64,000 bases of DNA, taken from NCBI GenBank assembly GCA_029880265.1, contig JAOUOT010000002.1, positions 117,353 to 181,352 on the forward strand, written 5' to 3'. The notes below the pieces were generated by a model, which worked only from the letters and a program-made list of their open reading frames with translations, searched no databases and was not told where the DNA came from. Of the stretch, positions 1-8,975 are shown one piece after another. The position numbers were made by a program, and so were the translations under genes. Within the stretch, counting starts at the first letter, position 1. Every line of letters begins with the position of its first letter. Origin of the DNA: Spirochaetia bacterium (lineage in GTDB: Bacteria > Spirochaetota > Leptospiria > Turneriellales > JAOUOS01).

Positions 1-474
1 AAGAGCGTCAAAAAATAAATCATTGCGGTTTGTTTTTATATCTCCATACGCCCCAAATTCAAATTTATCGGCAATCTCTTTAAGCTTTATTTTGGCCGCT
101 TTTTTAAAGTTTCCGGTTAATAACGCCGGAGTATAACCTGACGATTTTTCTAAAAAATCGGTAAACTCTCTTGCGCCTTTCAAATAATTGGTAGGCTTAT
201 CTCTAAGCTCTTCAAGCAAATTTCTTATATAAACGGTTTTAAATTCTGTTAGATCGACAGAAAATCTGTTTTTAGGATAAATTTTTTTTAGAATATGCTT
301 AAAGATATATGAATCTGTTCTGCCTGCTACGTCTTTCGCGTTTAATTTTATAGTTTGCCCAAAAAGACTTTCACAGGCTTTTTCCATCGACTTTCTGCCG
401 GCGCCTCCCGAATCTATAAGCGTTCCGTCAATGTCTAATATATATAAATAATCTTTTTTTTTATTTTTATTCAA
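1..474 (-). CDS. HAD-superfamily hydrolase (phosphatase-like); N-terminus in window, C-terminus runs off the window start
   Basis: Not in the ORF track because it has no ATG. My own minus-strand translation from a TTG at 474 reads (M)NKNKKKDYLYILDIDGTLIDSGGAGRKSMEKACESLFG...PALLTGNFKKAAKIKLKEIADKFEFGAYGD. DIDGT is HAD motif I (DxDxT). The frame stays open to the window edge. Confidence 0.6.
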   Translation of the reverse strand, partial: MNKNKKKDYLYILDIDGTLIDSGGAGRKSMEKACESLFGQTIKLNAKDVAGRTDSYIFKHILKKIYPKNRFSVDLTEFKTVYIRNLLEELRDKPTNYLKGAREFTDFLEKSSGYTPALLTGNFKKAAKIKLKEIADKFEFGAYGDIKTNRNDLFFDAL

Positions 475-484
475 ATAAGTTATT

Positions 485-1141
485 TTACTGCTGCTCAAGC
501 GTTAAAATCTTCTCATGCTCAACATCGTCTAAGCGAAATTCTTTGTCGGTATGAAATTGTACAATTCTAATAAGTTTTTTTAATTGATTCAAATATTTTC
601 TTAAGAATTTGTTTCTTTGAACATAGGTTTTCATATCTTTTAATCTGGCGCTTATTAACTTTCCGGTTGTTGTTTCGTATGTCATGTTTAAATCGGCATA
701 ATTTTTACCCGCCGATTCATTTTCAATAACTCTTGTTTCGGTATTTTCAGATAATACGGCAGATTGAGTATATTGAAATTTTATACTTTTAATATTCGAC
801 CCTGAAGATTTTATTATTGCCTGTTCATGAAAAATAACTATTTCTCTCATCATTATTTTTTCGCCTGCATCCATTTCAATTATTAGGTCGTCGTTATTTT
901 TTGATTGTTTATTTTTTTGATTTTTTAGGCCTTGATATTGTTCTATCGCTTCGCCTAATTCTTTTTGAATAGCGTTTACTTCTTCTTCTAAGATTTCTGA
1001 AACCAACGGTTCATTTTTATTTTTTTGTTGCGCCTCAACATCGCCGTTAGAATAAAGTCCTATAAAGAGAGAACAAACAGGCAATAGGTATAATTTGAAA
1101 TATTTGTTTATTCGTTTTGAATAAGATATTTTTTTCGTCAT
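485..1141 (-). CDS. hypothetical exported protein or lipoprotein
   Basis: 218-aa ORF. The N-terminal hydrophobic segment contains a Cys (YLLPVCSLFIGLYS). The rest is charged and coiled-coil-like. No family recognised. Confidence 0.5.
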   Translation of the reverse strand: MTKKISYSKRINKYFKLYLLPVCSLFIGLYSNGDVEAQQKNKNEPLVSEILEEEVNAIQKELGEAIEQYQGLKNQKNKQSKNNDDLIIEMDAGEKIMMREIVIFHEQAIIKSSGSNIKSIKFQYTQSAVLSENTETRVIENESAGKNYADLNMTYETTTGKLISARLKDMKTYVQRNKFLRKYLNQLKKLIRIVQFHTDKEFRLDDVEHEKILTLEQQ

Positions 1142-1246
1142 AATCTGTTATCTCCTATATGTTTTACATAAAATAAGCTTGCATTGTGTTTAAGACTATC
1201 GAAAATATTTGCCATAAACAGGCAAGCATAAAAACAGGAAAATAAA

Positions 1247-1579
1247 ATGGAAATTAAGATACAAAATAAAGAAAAATATATTATAATACAGATATTCGGA
1301 AACCTGGATATTTATACCGCCGTAGATTTAAAATCGCATTTTGATAAAATAAATATCGCAAAAGACGCGCCTCTTGTACTTGAACTGTCAAATCTTTCAT
1401 ATATGGATTCCAGCGGAATTGGGGCTTTAATAAAGTTAGCAAATCAGGTGAAAGAGGCAAATGGTATTTTATATCTGACAGGCATTAAACCGATTATTCA
1501 GAAAGTCTTTAAAATAGCCGGACTAACAGGATACTTTAATGTTCTTTCTGAAGATGATTTTTTATCAAAATTTTCTTGA
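1247..1579 (+). CDS. STAS-domain anti-sigma factor antagonist (SpoIIAA/RsbV-like)
   Basis: 110 aa, the typical length. The motif LSNLSYMDSSGIGALIKL carries the conserved phosphorylatable Ser (DSSG), followed by ...LTGIKPIIQKVFKIAGL. Confidence 0.8.
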   Translation: MEIKIQNKEKYIIIQIFGNLDIYTAVDLKSHFDKINIAKDAPLVLELSNLSYMDSSGIGALIKLANQVKEANGILYLTGIKPIIQKVFKIAGLTGYFNVLSEDDFLSKFS

Positions 1580-1678
1580 CCGTTGAAAATCTTTAAATTT
1601 TACATGTTCTTCGGGATTATCAGGTAAATCTCGGCTAAAGCATGCCTTATTTAAAACAAATTTTAATTTTTTCCTAAA

Positions 1679-4600
1679 ATGCCGAATAAGTCACAGATAC
1701 ATATATTATTAATCTCTATTACTTCGATTATAGGATCATTTTCATTATTTTATGCGAATATATCCGATAAAAATACTGTCGCAGTCCAAAAAGGGAAAAA
1801 AACCGATCCAAAACCGCCCACTGAACAAAAAATAAACCCCTATGAAGAAAGCGACAATAATTCTCAAGAAATCGAGCTTTCTAACGAAGATTTTTTCAAA
1901 TACAAAAATAAACAACTTTATTCTAAAGATAAAGATTTGAATTTGGGTAAATCTTATCTTGATATCTTTCACCCGCTGGAATACAAAAATAAAGACGTAA
2001 AATTATATATTTTTGGAAACATGGATATGAGCACGGGATTTAAATATAATTACTGCGACCCCTGCGATCAAAGAAGCACCGCCACGTTTGACTTTGACCT
2101 TGCAAAGAATGATAAGGTCGTTCCACATATGAAGCCTACAAGTATGCAGGTAAGCGTTAAAGGTAAATTAGGAAAAAAAATTAACGTTAATATAGACTAT
2201 AATAAAGATGAAAACAAATCTGAAAATCATTTTTGGATACAATACAAAACGCCGAAAACAAGCGATTTTCTTCAAGAAATAACCATAGGCAACATCGATC
2301 TTCTCTTTCCCAAGAGAGAGTTTGTCGTTTTTGAGCAATCAGGCAAGAAAACGATGGGTTTAGAATCGAAAATGACGCGCGGGAAATTAAATTTTCATAC
2401 AATTGCCACATTAACCCAGGGCGAATCTTATACTCAAACGTTTATAGGAAACACAAAGAAAACAGGAAAATTAATCAATGATCATAAGTTTATAAGAAGA
2501 AAATACTATCAGCTAGAGCCATTTACATACTATGATCGCTTAACGTCTGCGCCTATTATTACGGCTGCAAGTTATGACAGAGCATCAGGTGCCTCTTTAA
2601 TAACGCTAACCTCTTTTACCGCGAACCCCGACACTTATATGCCCAATTATGATATAAATATTGATCCGCTCTCGATAGAAATTTATTTAGACGACAGAGA
2701 TTCGGCAAACGATCAATTTGAAGGCGCGCAGCAGAAAATAATTTCAACAGGAACGGGAACAGACCTTGGTAATTTTCATCTTCTCAAGCAGGGAATCGAT
2801 TATATATGCGAATTTAATACGGGCAGAATTACATTTCTAAAAAATATAAATGAAAATTATAAAATATTTGTTCGGTATACTCATCATAACGGCAGCTTGA
2901 CAAGTACAGATCCCTCGGCAAGAATTGATAACGGAAAAATAGAAACATTCATTAAGTTCGGTAAAACCCTGCATGAAGATTTAAATCGCAACGGTATTCT
3001 TGACGCAGGCGAAGAGAGCATAGACGACGGCAAACTCAATTTAGACATTTACGAAGTAAGAGGCGTTTATAATCTAGGGGCTTCTGAAATCTTAGAATCT
3101 AGCTTTACTATGACCCTCGTAAAAAAAGATTTAAACCCTGAAAATGAACTAAACGATCTTGGTCGAAAAGATATAAATTATGAAACAGGCATAATATCTT
3201 TTAATTTAAGAGAGCCGTTTAAGAATGCGATAAATTCTTCAGGGGAATTTCTATTATCCGATGAAAACGCGGGAGTTATTTATAACGAATCAACCTTTGA
3301 TTATATTGCCGATTATTCAATATTAAGCTTTAGAACAGAGTTTTCAAGCATAATTCACAGCTATCAACTTACGCATTCAAATCTTATAAAAAACTCTGAA
3401 AAGGTAAAAGTAAACGCTCAGGTAATTGCGTCAAAGCTTTATTATATCGATTATAAAAGCGGTTTTTTTCAATTTTTAGATCCTCATAACCCGCAGATTG
3501 GAAGTCAAGATACCATTGAAATAAGTTATGAATACCTGCCCTTTGGTTCTTCTTCAAACGGCTATATTTTGGGCCTAAGAACCGATTATAAAGCGACGAA
3601 ATACGTTAATATCGGCGGAACAATTTTGTATAACGGAGAATTTGAAAACGCCGAAGCTCCGCAAATTGGAGAGGCCCCCGCAAGCAAACTCGTTTTTGAA
3701 GGCGATATAGACGTAAAGATAGACGAAGAAAAGGTAACGAGACTCATAAATACCATACCGGGCATAGATTTAGATTTGCTTCCCATTCAAATTGAAGGAT
3801 ACGCAGAATATGCCAAGAGTATTTACAACCCTAATACATTTGGTTATGCTTTAATTGACGACATGGAATCAAGCGAAGAATCAAATGAGGTTCCAATATC
3901 AGAAAAAGACTGGGTATTATCTGCCATACCTCCGTCTTTAACCGGAGCCTTAGAATGCGATAGATCTCCTCTATATTATCATTTTTATAGGGACCCTGAA
4001 GATTACAGTAAAGGTTTGTTAGATTTTGCGACAGGTCCTACGGCTTCGCCGGCATATTCAAGCTTATCTGGACCTTATAACGTCTCTGACGGTCACTTAG
4101 ATTCTTCACAGCTAAATTCCTCTCAGGCAGAAAAGCAGGTTTCTTTAGTATTAGATTTTGACTTTTCTAAAACGACTACGTCAAATCAAAAATTCGCCTC
4201 AATTAATACTCGCGAATTTTCTACAGTCGGAGAAGATTTTTCAAATGTTACATATTTAGAATTTTACGCAAAATTAAAAGACGCCGTAAATGTAAATTCA
4301 GGCATAAGAATCGCTTTTGATCTAGGTACGTTAAACGAAGACACAGATTCTGACGGATTTTTTGACACTGAAGATATAGGGCTCGATCTTATAAACGGAG
4401 ATACAAACGGAAATAACATAAAGGATCCCGGAGAAACATGGGATACAACAGAAAGAGACCTGAAATTGAGCCAAGATCAAAGCATAGGTTTAAACGAAGA
4501 TATCGGTTACTCTTTTAACCCTCCCGGATGCCCTTCGGCCAATACCATTGTGGGGGCCGGCCCCAATATAAGCTCTGATCCGCTTACAAAGGGAAACGGA

Positions 4601-7600
4601 ATACTAAATCAGGAAGATTTTGATAAAGACGGTAAATTCAGCCTTATTGAAAATTCGGTTCCCATTGATTCAGAGGGAAGCGTACCCTATCTTTATTTTG
4701 AACAAACTTATAAAAATATATTATCAACAAACAACTGGCAGCTTTTTCGCGTTTATCTAAACCAGGCCGAGATGTCAGATAAACAAAAGCTTGCGTTGCG
4801 CGAAGTAAAAAGCATACGATTGTATATTGTTCCCCATTCTGATTCGACTAACGCCAGCGGCAAAATATTAATTGATTCGATAAAATTTGCCGGCACGAAA
4901 TGGAGAAAAACATATACTGAAGACTTCGGATCTTCGACAAGAAATTCTAATTATGATACAACAGTATTTCGCTCGGCCTCTATAAACAATTTTACCTCAA
5001 AAATAGAATATGAGCCAAACTCATTTCTTAAAGAAGAGCGTGATGAGTGGGAACTTTTACACGGCAAAAAAACCAATACCGAACACGCTTATATTCGCGA
5101 AGGAGCCTTGAAGCTGACATACAATTTGAATTCTACCAATGAAAAAGCTTATGCCGAAAGAATATTTATTAAGGCAATGGAACTTCAGCATTATAAAACA
5201 ATTAATTTATGGGTTAACTTTAGAACGCCTGAAATTACAGGGCATTCTTTTCTATTTCGGGTGGGCTCCAGCGAAAACGATTATTATGAATATGAATTTC
5301 CTATAAACTCGTCAGGTTGGCAAAAATTAAGCTTTGATCTGAAAAACCCTGAAAGAGAATATGGTAACTTCAATATGTTAAAGACCAATATAATGGCCGT
5401 AGGCGTTAAAAAACCTGATTCATCTTTACAATTATTAGAAGGAACTATATGGGTAAACGATATTTTTACTTCTGATCCTATTTCTGAAGATGCAAACGCT
5501 TACAAATATGAAAGTACAATAAAAATTACTAAACCGATATACAAAACCGAATCTGGCGTAGAGATAATATCTGATTTTAAGGCTACTTTTAAGAAAATTC
5601 ATAAAGACCGTTATTTCAACTCTATAGGCATATCTGAAAAATTTAAAGATATCGAAACAGACGATAAATCATGGAATATTGAAAGCAATCTTCTGCCTTT
5701 CTGGAAGGCAAACTACTTATATGAAAACAATAAAACAAACGCTTTGCCCGAAGATTTTCAGGAAGAGATGAGTTTTGACGGATTTACAAAAACAATTACT
5801 CATAACACAACGCATACAATAAAATTTAAGCCGGCATGGTATCCTGTTATTAACACAGGCTTTTTATTCAGCCGTGTTGAAAATGATCTTGAAGAAACCT
5901 TTGGAAACTCTTTTCTCAATATACGGCAGTTAACCAATAAGATAAAAAAGAATAACGCGCCGACTTTTTCTATAAAACATAAAATTCCAAAATTCCTTTC
6001 TACTCAAATTGAATATGACTTAGAAAATAAATTTAACCTTCTCTCAGAAATAGAAACCGGTTCCCTGAAAGAAGAAAACCTCCTATCTCCCAATAAAGAT
6101 AATCGTCAAAAAGAATTAACCGAAGAAACTAAAAATAACCTTAAGATAAAAATCGGCGAATTTTTAATAGAACCCGTATATTCTCACAAAAGAGTGCGTC
6201 TTTTAGAAAAAAATTATACCGATGACAGCAATATAAATATGATAAACGGCTCGTTTTACATACCCATAATTGAATCACCGAAAGATTTTAGATTCAGAGA
6301 AAGAATGACTAAATATGAATTAAAAACCGAGTACAAAAAGCTATGGATATTTTCTCCAAAAATAAAGACTGCAATTAATTACAAAGAATCTTCTTTTACC
6401 GATAATTTATCTACTTTTGATCGAGATAAGTTTCAAAGATTAAAACAACCCAGCACTTTAACCTCTTTAGAAATGAGCATTCCTGTTGAAATGAAAAATA
6501 ATTGGTTTTTATTAAATATTTTTAAAAAAATAAAGCCCGCTTTTTACCGCGAAATTAATCTAGTAGAAAAGAATATGCCGTTTACTAATATGACAGATCT
6601 TTACAAAGACGAATTTGGCTTTAATAGAACTTTGCCTCCTTTGATGAACAATACCTTTAATCTTTACGAATATCCTTTTTGGAGATTTTTTTATTCAGAT
6701 TCAACAAGAAAAAATAACAATTATTCAAACGGAAGAGATTATGTTTATAAAACTCAATATATTCCCGATATACCGCCTGAATATTCAGACTCCCTTTTAA
6801 TTTATAATAATTCTCTTTCGCTTAAAGAAAAAATATCGGGCCTGATAACGTGGGACATCTGGAAACCCTTAACATTAAGAACAGATATCAATCTTTCGCA
6901 GGAAATTAACAGACCGACTGTTGACGCTCTGCCTACGCAAAAAGCGACATGGGGATTTTTTATAGAGCAAAAATACGATTTCATGAAAATTTTTAACTTC
7001 TGGTTCTGGTCGCAAAAAAAGAAACGGCAATCAAACTTTGAATTTAATTTCAAATATGAAAGGAATATGTATATTACATTAAATCAAAAAGAAGATAAAT
7101 ATACGCCCGAAACTTCTATTTTATTTTCATGGTTCAATAAAGATAACGCTTCTACTTCTATTTCGGTTACTTTCGGTTTGAATTTAAGAATATTTAATCA
7201 TAAAGAATACATCTCTGACGAAAACGAAGACGACGCCGTTATATATCTGCAAATACCCTCTCTGCCGGAACTCGGCATTAAAGAAAAAGACACCGGCTAT
7301 GATTTTAAAATTACATATAAGACAGAACTTCCCAGTCTAAAAAAATATTTTAACGATATTACCAGCCTCAATATTAAATATCATCCCGCTTATACTTTAG
7401 ACTTTCTCATTGACTTAAATAAAGCAAATTACAATTTACCCGAAAAAAAAATCGGCGATTTAACCAATGCCTATTCTGTTAAGCAGTCTTTATCGGCAAA
7501 TTTACACGCAAATGTCAGCGGAAAGATAAGTTTTGAATATAAATATAATATTATCAAGCAAATTCAGGGAACAGTCATCGAAAAAAAGAAAACGATTTTA

Positions 7601-7630
7601 TTTGATATTGGCATTAAAATATTATTTTAA
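1679..7630 (+). CDS. giant (1983 aa) predicted outer-membrane/surface protein; possibly SprA-like (unverified)
   Basis: Uninterrupted 5.9-kb ORF with an N-terminal signal/anchor (ILLISITSIIGSFSLFYA). There are Asp-rich Ca-binding-like stretches (DTDSDGFFDTEDIGLDLINGDTNGNNIKDPGE; NRNGILDAGEESIDDGKLNLD). The C-terminal third is Y/F/N/K-rich with alternating strands and ends ...FDIGIKILF, a terminal aromatic typical of OM beta-barrels. Confidence 0.6.
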   Translation: MPNKSQIHILLISITSIIGSFSLFYANISDKNTVAVQKGKKTDPKPPTEQKINPYEESDNNSQEIELSNEDFFKYKNKQLYSKDKDLNLGKSYLDIFHPLEYKNKDVKLYIFGNMDMSTGFKYNYCDPCDQRSTATFDFDLAKNDKVVPHMKPTSMQVSVKGKLGKKINVNIDYNKDENKSENHFWIQYKTPKTSDFLQEITIGNIDLLFPKREFVVFEQSGKKTMGLESKMTRGKLNFHTIATLTQGESYTQTFIGNTKKTGKLINDHKFIRRKYYQLEPFTYYDRLTSAPIITAASYDRASGASLITLTSFTANPDTYMPNYDINIDPLSIEIYLDDRDSANDQFEGAQQKIISTGTGTDLGNFHLLKQGIDYICEFNTGRITFLKNINENYKIFVRYTHHNGSLTSTDPSARIDNGKIETFIKFGKTLHEDLNRNGILDAGEESIDDGKLNLDIYEVRGVYNLGASEILESSFTMTLVKKDLNPENELNDLGRKDINYETGIISFNLREPFKNAINSSGEFLLSDENAGVIYNESTFDYIADYSILSFRTEFSSIIHSYQLTHSNLIKNSEKVKVNAQVIASKLYYIDYKSGFFQFLDPHNPQIGSQDTIEISYEYLPFGSSSNGYILGLRTDYKATKYVNIGGTILYNGEFENAEAPQIGEAPASKLVFEGDIDVKIDEEKVTRLINTIPGIDLDLLPIQIEGYAEYAKSIYNPNTFGYALIDDMESSEESNEVPISEKDWVLSAIPPSLTGALECDRSPLYYHFYRDPEDYSKGLLDFATGPTASPAYSSLSGPYNVSDGHLDSSQLNSSQAEKQVSLVLDFDFSKTTTSNQKFASINTREFSTVGEDFSNVTYLEFYAKLKDAVNVNSGIRIAFDLGTLNEDTDSDGFFDTEDIGLDLINGDTNGNNIKDPGETWDTTERDLKLSQDQSIGLNEDIGYSFNPPGCPSANTIVGAGPNISSDPLTKGNGILNQEDFDKDGKFSLIENSVPIDSEGSVPYLYFEQTYKNILSTNNWQLFRVYLNQAEMSDKQKLALREVKSIRLYIVPHSDSTNASGKILIDSIKFAGTKWRKTYTEDFGSSTRNSNYDTTVFRSASINNFTSKIEYEPNSFLKEERDEWELLHGKKTNTEHAYIREGALKLTYNLNSTNEKAYAERIFIKAMELQHYKTINLWVNFRTPEITGHSFLFRVGSSENDYYEYEFPINSSGWQKLSFDLKNPEREYGNFNMLKTNIMAVGVKKPDSSLQLLEGTIWVNDIFTSDPISEDANAYKYESTIKITKPIYKTESGVEIISDFKATFKKIHKDRYFNSIGISEKFKDIETDDKSWNIESNLLPFWKANYLYENNKTNALPEDFQEEMSFDGFTKTITHNTTHTIKFKPAWYPVINTGFLFSRVENDLEETFGNSFLNIRQLTNKIKKNNAPTFSIKHKIPKFLSTQIEYDLENKFNLLSEIETGSLKEENLLSPNKDNRQKELTEETKNNLKIKIGEFLIEPVYSHKRVRLLEKNYTDDSNINMINGSFYIPIIESPKDFRFRERMTKYELKTEYKKLWIFSPKIKTAINYKESSFTDNLSTFDRDKFQRLKQPSTLTSLEMSIPVEMKNNWFLLNIFKKIKPAFYREINLVEKNMPFTNMTDLYKDEFGFNRTLPPLMNNTFNLYEYPFWRFFYSDSTRKNNNYSNGRDYVYKTQYIPDIPPEYSDSLLIYNNSLSLKEKISGLITWDIWKPLTLRTDINLSQEINRPTVDALPTQKATWGFFIEQKYDFMKIFNFWFWSQKKKRQSNFEFNFKYERNMYITLNQKEDKYTPETSILFSWFNKDNASTSISVTFGLNLRIFNHKEYISDENEDDAVIYLQIPSLPELGIKEKDTGYDFKITYKTELPSLKKYFNDITSLNIKYHPAYTLDFLIDLNKANYNLPEKKIGDLTNAYSVKQSLSANLHANVSGKISFEYKYNIIKQIQGTVIEKKKTILFDIGIKILF

Positions 7631-7660
7631 ATTAATCATTTTTGCAAAAATTTTATATTC

Positions 7661-8014
7661 TCACGAGACAAAATTTTCGCCTACAATCCCTTCTTCTAAT
7701 AAAGAAATTAAATTATCTGTTTTATCTTTTAATTCTCTAAATGTGGGATTATCTTCTCCCGAACTCAAATCGTCAATTTGCTTTTTCAACTGCAGCAACT
7801 CATCGGTAATATTGAGGGCCGCTAAAAGTATTAACTTGCTTTCGTCTTTTTCGTTTATCTTTTTTTTTAATTCAATTATCTTTTCATTAACATAACCGGC
7901 TACATTTCTCATATAAGCGGGGTCAATATCGCCTATTAAAGTATATGGTTTGCCCGATATTTGAACTTTCGTTCTTTCAATATAATTATTGTTTTCTGAA
8001 AGTTCTGAACTCAT
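7661..8014 (-). CDS. zapA: cell division protein ZapA
   Basis: 117 aa. The core KVQISGKPYTLIGDIDPAYMRNVAGYVNEKIIELKKK...LILLAALNITDELLQLKKQIDDL matches the ZapA fold pattern (compare B. subtilis ZapA), with a C-terminal coiled coil. Confidence 0.8.
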   Translation of the reverse strand: MSSELSENNNYIERTKVQISGKPYTLIGDIDPAYMRNVAGYVNEKIIELKKKINEKDESKLILLAALNITDELLQLKKQIDDLSSGEDNPTFRELKDKTDNLISLLEEGIVGENFVS

Positions 8015-8018
8015 TTTA

Positions 8019-8957
8019 TTACTCTTTTTCGTTTTCTTCTACGATCAGAAAGTCTTCGTCATCGTCTTCGTCAAAAATTCCCAGAACATCGTCGTCGTCT
8101 TCAACTACGATTTCTCCATCTGCAGCCGGAGTCTCTTCTGAAGGCTCTGAATCGCCCTGCTCATCAGTATTTTTCTCGTCTTCTAATTCAAGATTATCAA
8201 TGGGTTCGTCATCTGTGATGACAATTTCTTCGTCGTCGTCTTCCAGTAAAACAATATCATCGGAATCGTCATCTTCTTCGCCGCCTTCAAAAGAGTCTTC
8301 GGCTATTTCTGGCGCGTCATTAACCGAAACCGGCTCTGGTTCTGATTCTAATTCCGGTTCTGATTCTAATTCCGGTTCTGATTGCGGCTCAGATTCATTC
8401 TCTGCCTGCGGTTCGGGTTCGGGTTCAGGCTGCGAAGATATTTCAGCGTCATTAGGGTCGCCTTCAATTAAACTCATCGACTCGCTTTCTTCGCCTACTT
8501 CATCTTCAATGTCTATTTCAACTTGAGTTTCTTCTTCTGTTAAAATATCTTCGCCTTCAGACTCTTCTTTAACCGTTTCAACCTCTGGGGCTTTATCAGA
8601 CGACACTGCGGCCGCAGCAGTCGGTGCAGCGGCGCCAACAGCCCCGGAAGAGACCGCGTCAGTTTGACCGCCTTTAAGGGAGTCTAATTTTCCAATGATT
8701 TGTACTATTTTTGTTTCCAGATCTTTTTCTTTTGATTTAAGTTTACTTAGCTCAGATGTAGCCTCGGCTAATTGTTCCTGAAGTTTTTTTGATTCAATTT
8801 CCTTTTCTTCGGCCGAAAGTTTCAGTTGATCATTGCTTGATTTGAGCGTATCAACTTCTTTTTCAAGATGATTATTTTCAACTCTTAGGTCAGATATAAG
8901 TTCAAGAGCCTTGGCTATTCTTCCTTCTAGTAGTTCTAATTGTTCCATTGTTACCAT
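8019..8957 (-). CDS. ZapB-like coiled-coil protein with a long hyper-acidic, repeat-containing tail
   Basis: The N-terminus MEQLELLEGRIAKALELISDLRVENNHLEKEVDTLKSSNDQLK resembles ZapB. About 200 aa of D/E-rich low complexity follow, including SEPELESEPELESEPEP. It lies 4 nt upstream of zapA on the same strand. Confidence 0.55.
   Translation of the reverse strand: MVTMEQLELLEGRIAKALELISDLRVENNHLEKEVDTLKSSNDQLKLSAEEKEIESKKLQEQLAEATSELSKLKSKEKDLETKIVQIIGKLDSLKGGQTDAVSSGAVGAAAPTAAAAVSSDKAPEVETVKEESEGEDILTEEETQVEIDIEDEVGEESESMSLIEGDPNDAEISSQPEPEPEPQAENESEPQSEPELESEPELESEPEPVSVNDAPEIAEDSFEGGEEDDDSDDIVLLEDDDEEIVITDDEPIDNLELEDEKNTDEQGDSEPSEETPAADGEIVVEDDDDVLGIFDEDDDEDFLIVEENEKE
8339..8392. repeat. 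18-bp tandem repeat (2 perfect units plus 1 diverged) inside the acidic-tail coding region
   Basis: ggttctgattctaattcc occurs at 8339-8356 and 8357-8374. A diverged unit ggttctgattgcggctca follows at 8375-8392. On the minus strand it encodes the ELESEP repeats. Confidence 0.85.
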
Positions 8958-8975
8958 AGTATTCTCCTTAGTAGT

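Noticed and set aside
7637-7650. Perfect 14-nt palindrome atttttgcaaaaat between the giant ORF and zapA (possible bidirectional terminator)
   Set aside because: The stem is almost entirely A-T with a 2-nt centre, which is thermodynamically weak. It cannot be distinguished from chance in AT-rich spacer DNA.
7945-8526. 193-aa Ser-rich ORF on the plus strand
   Set aside because: It is the antisense shadow of the D/E-rich tail of the ZapB-like gene (GAx/GAA codons read backwards as TCx). It has no start context, overlaps zapA and the ZapB-like gene, and its composition is purely low complexity.
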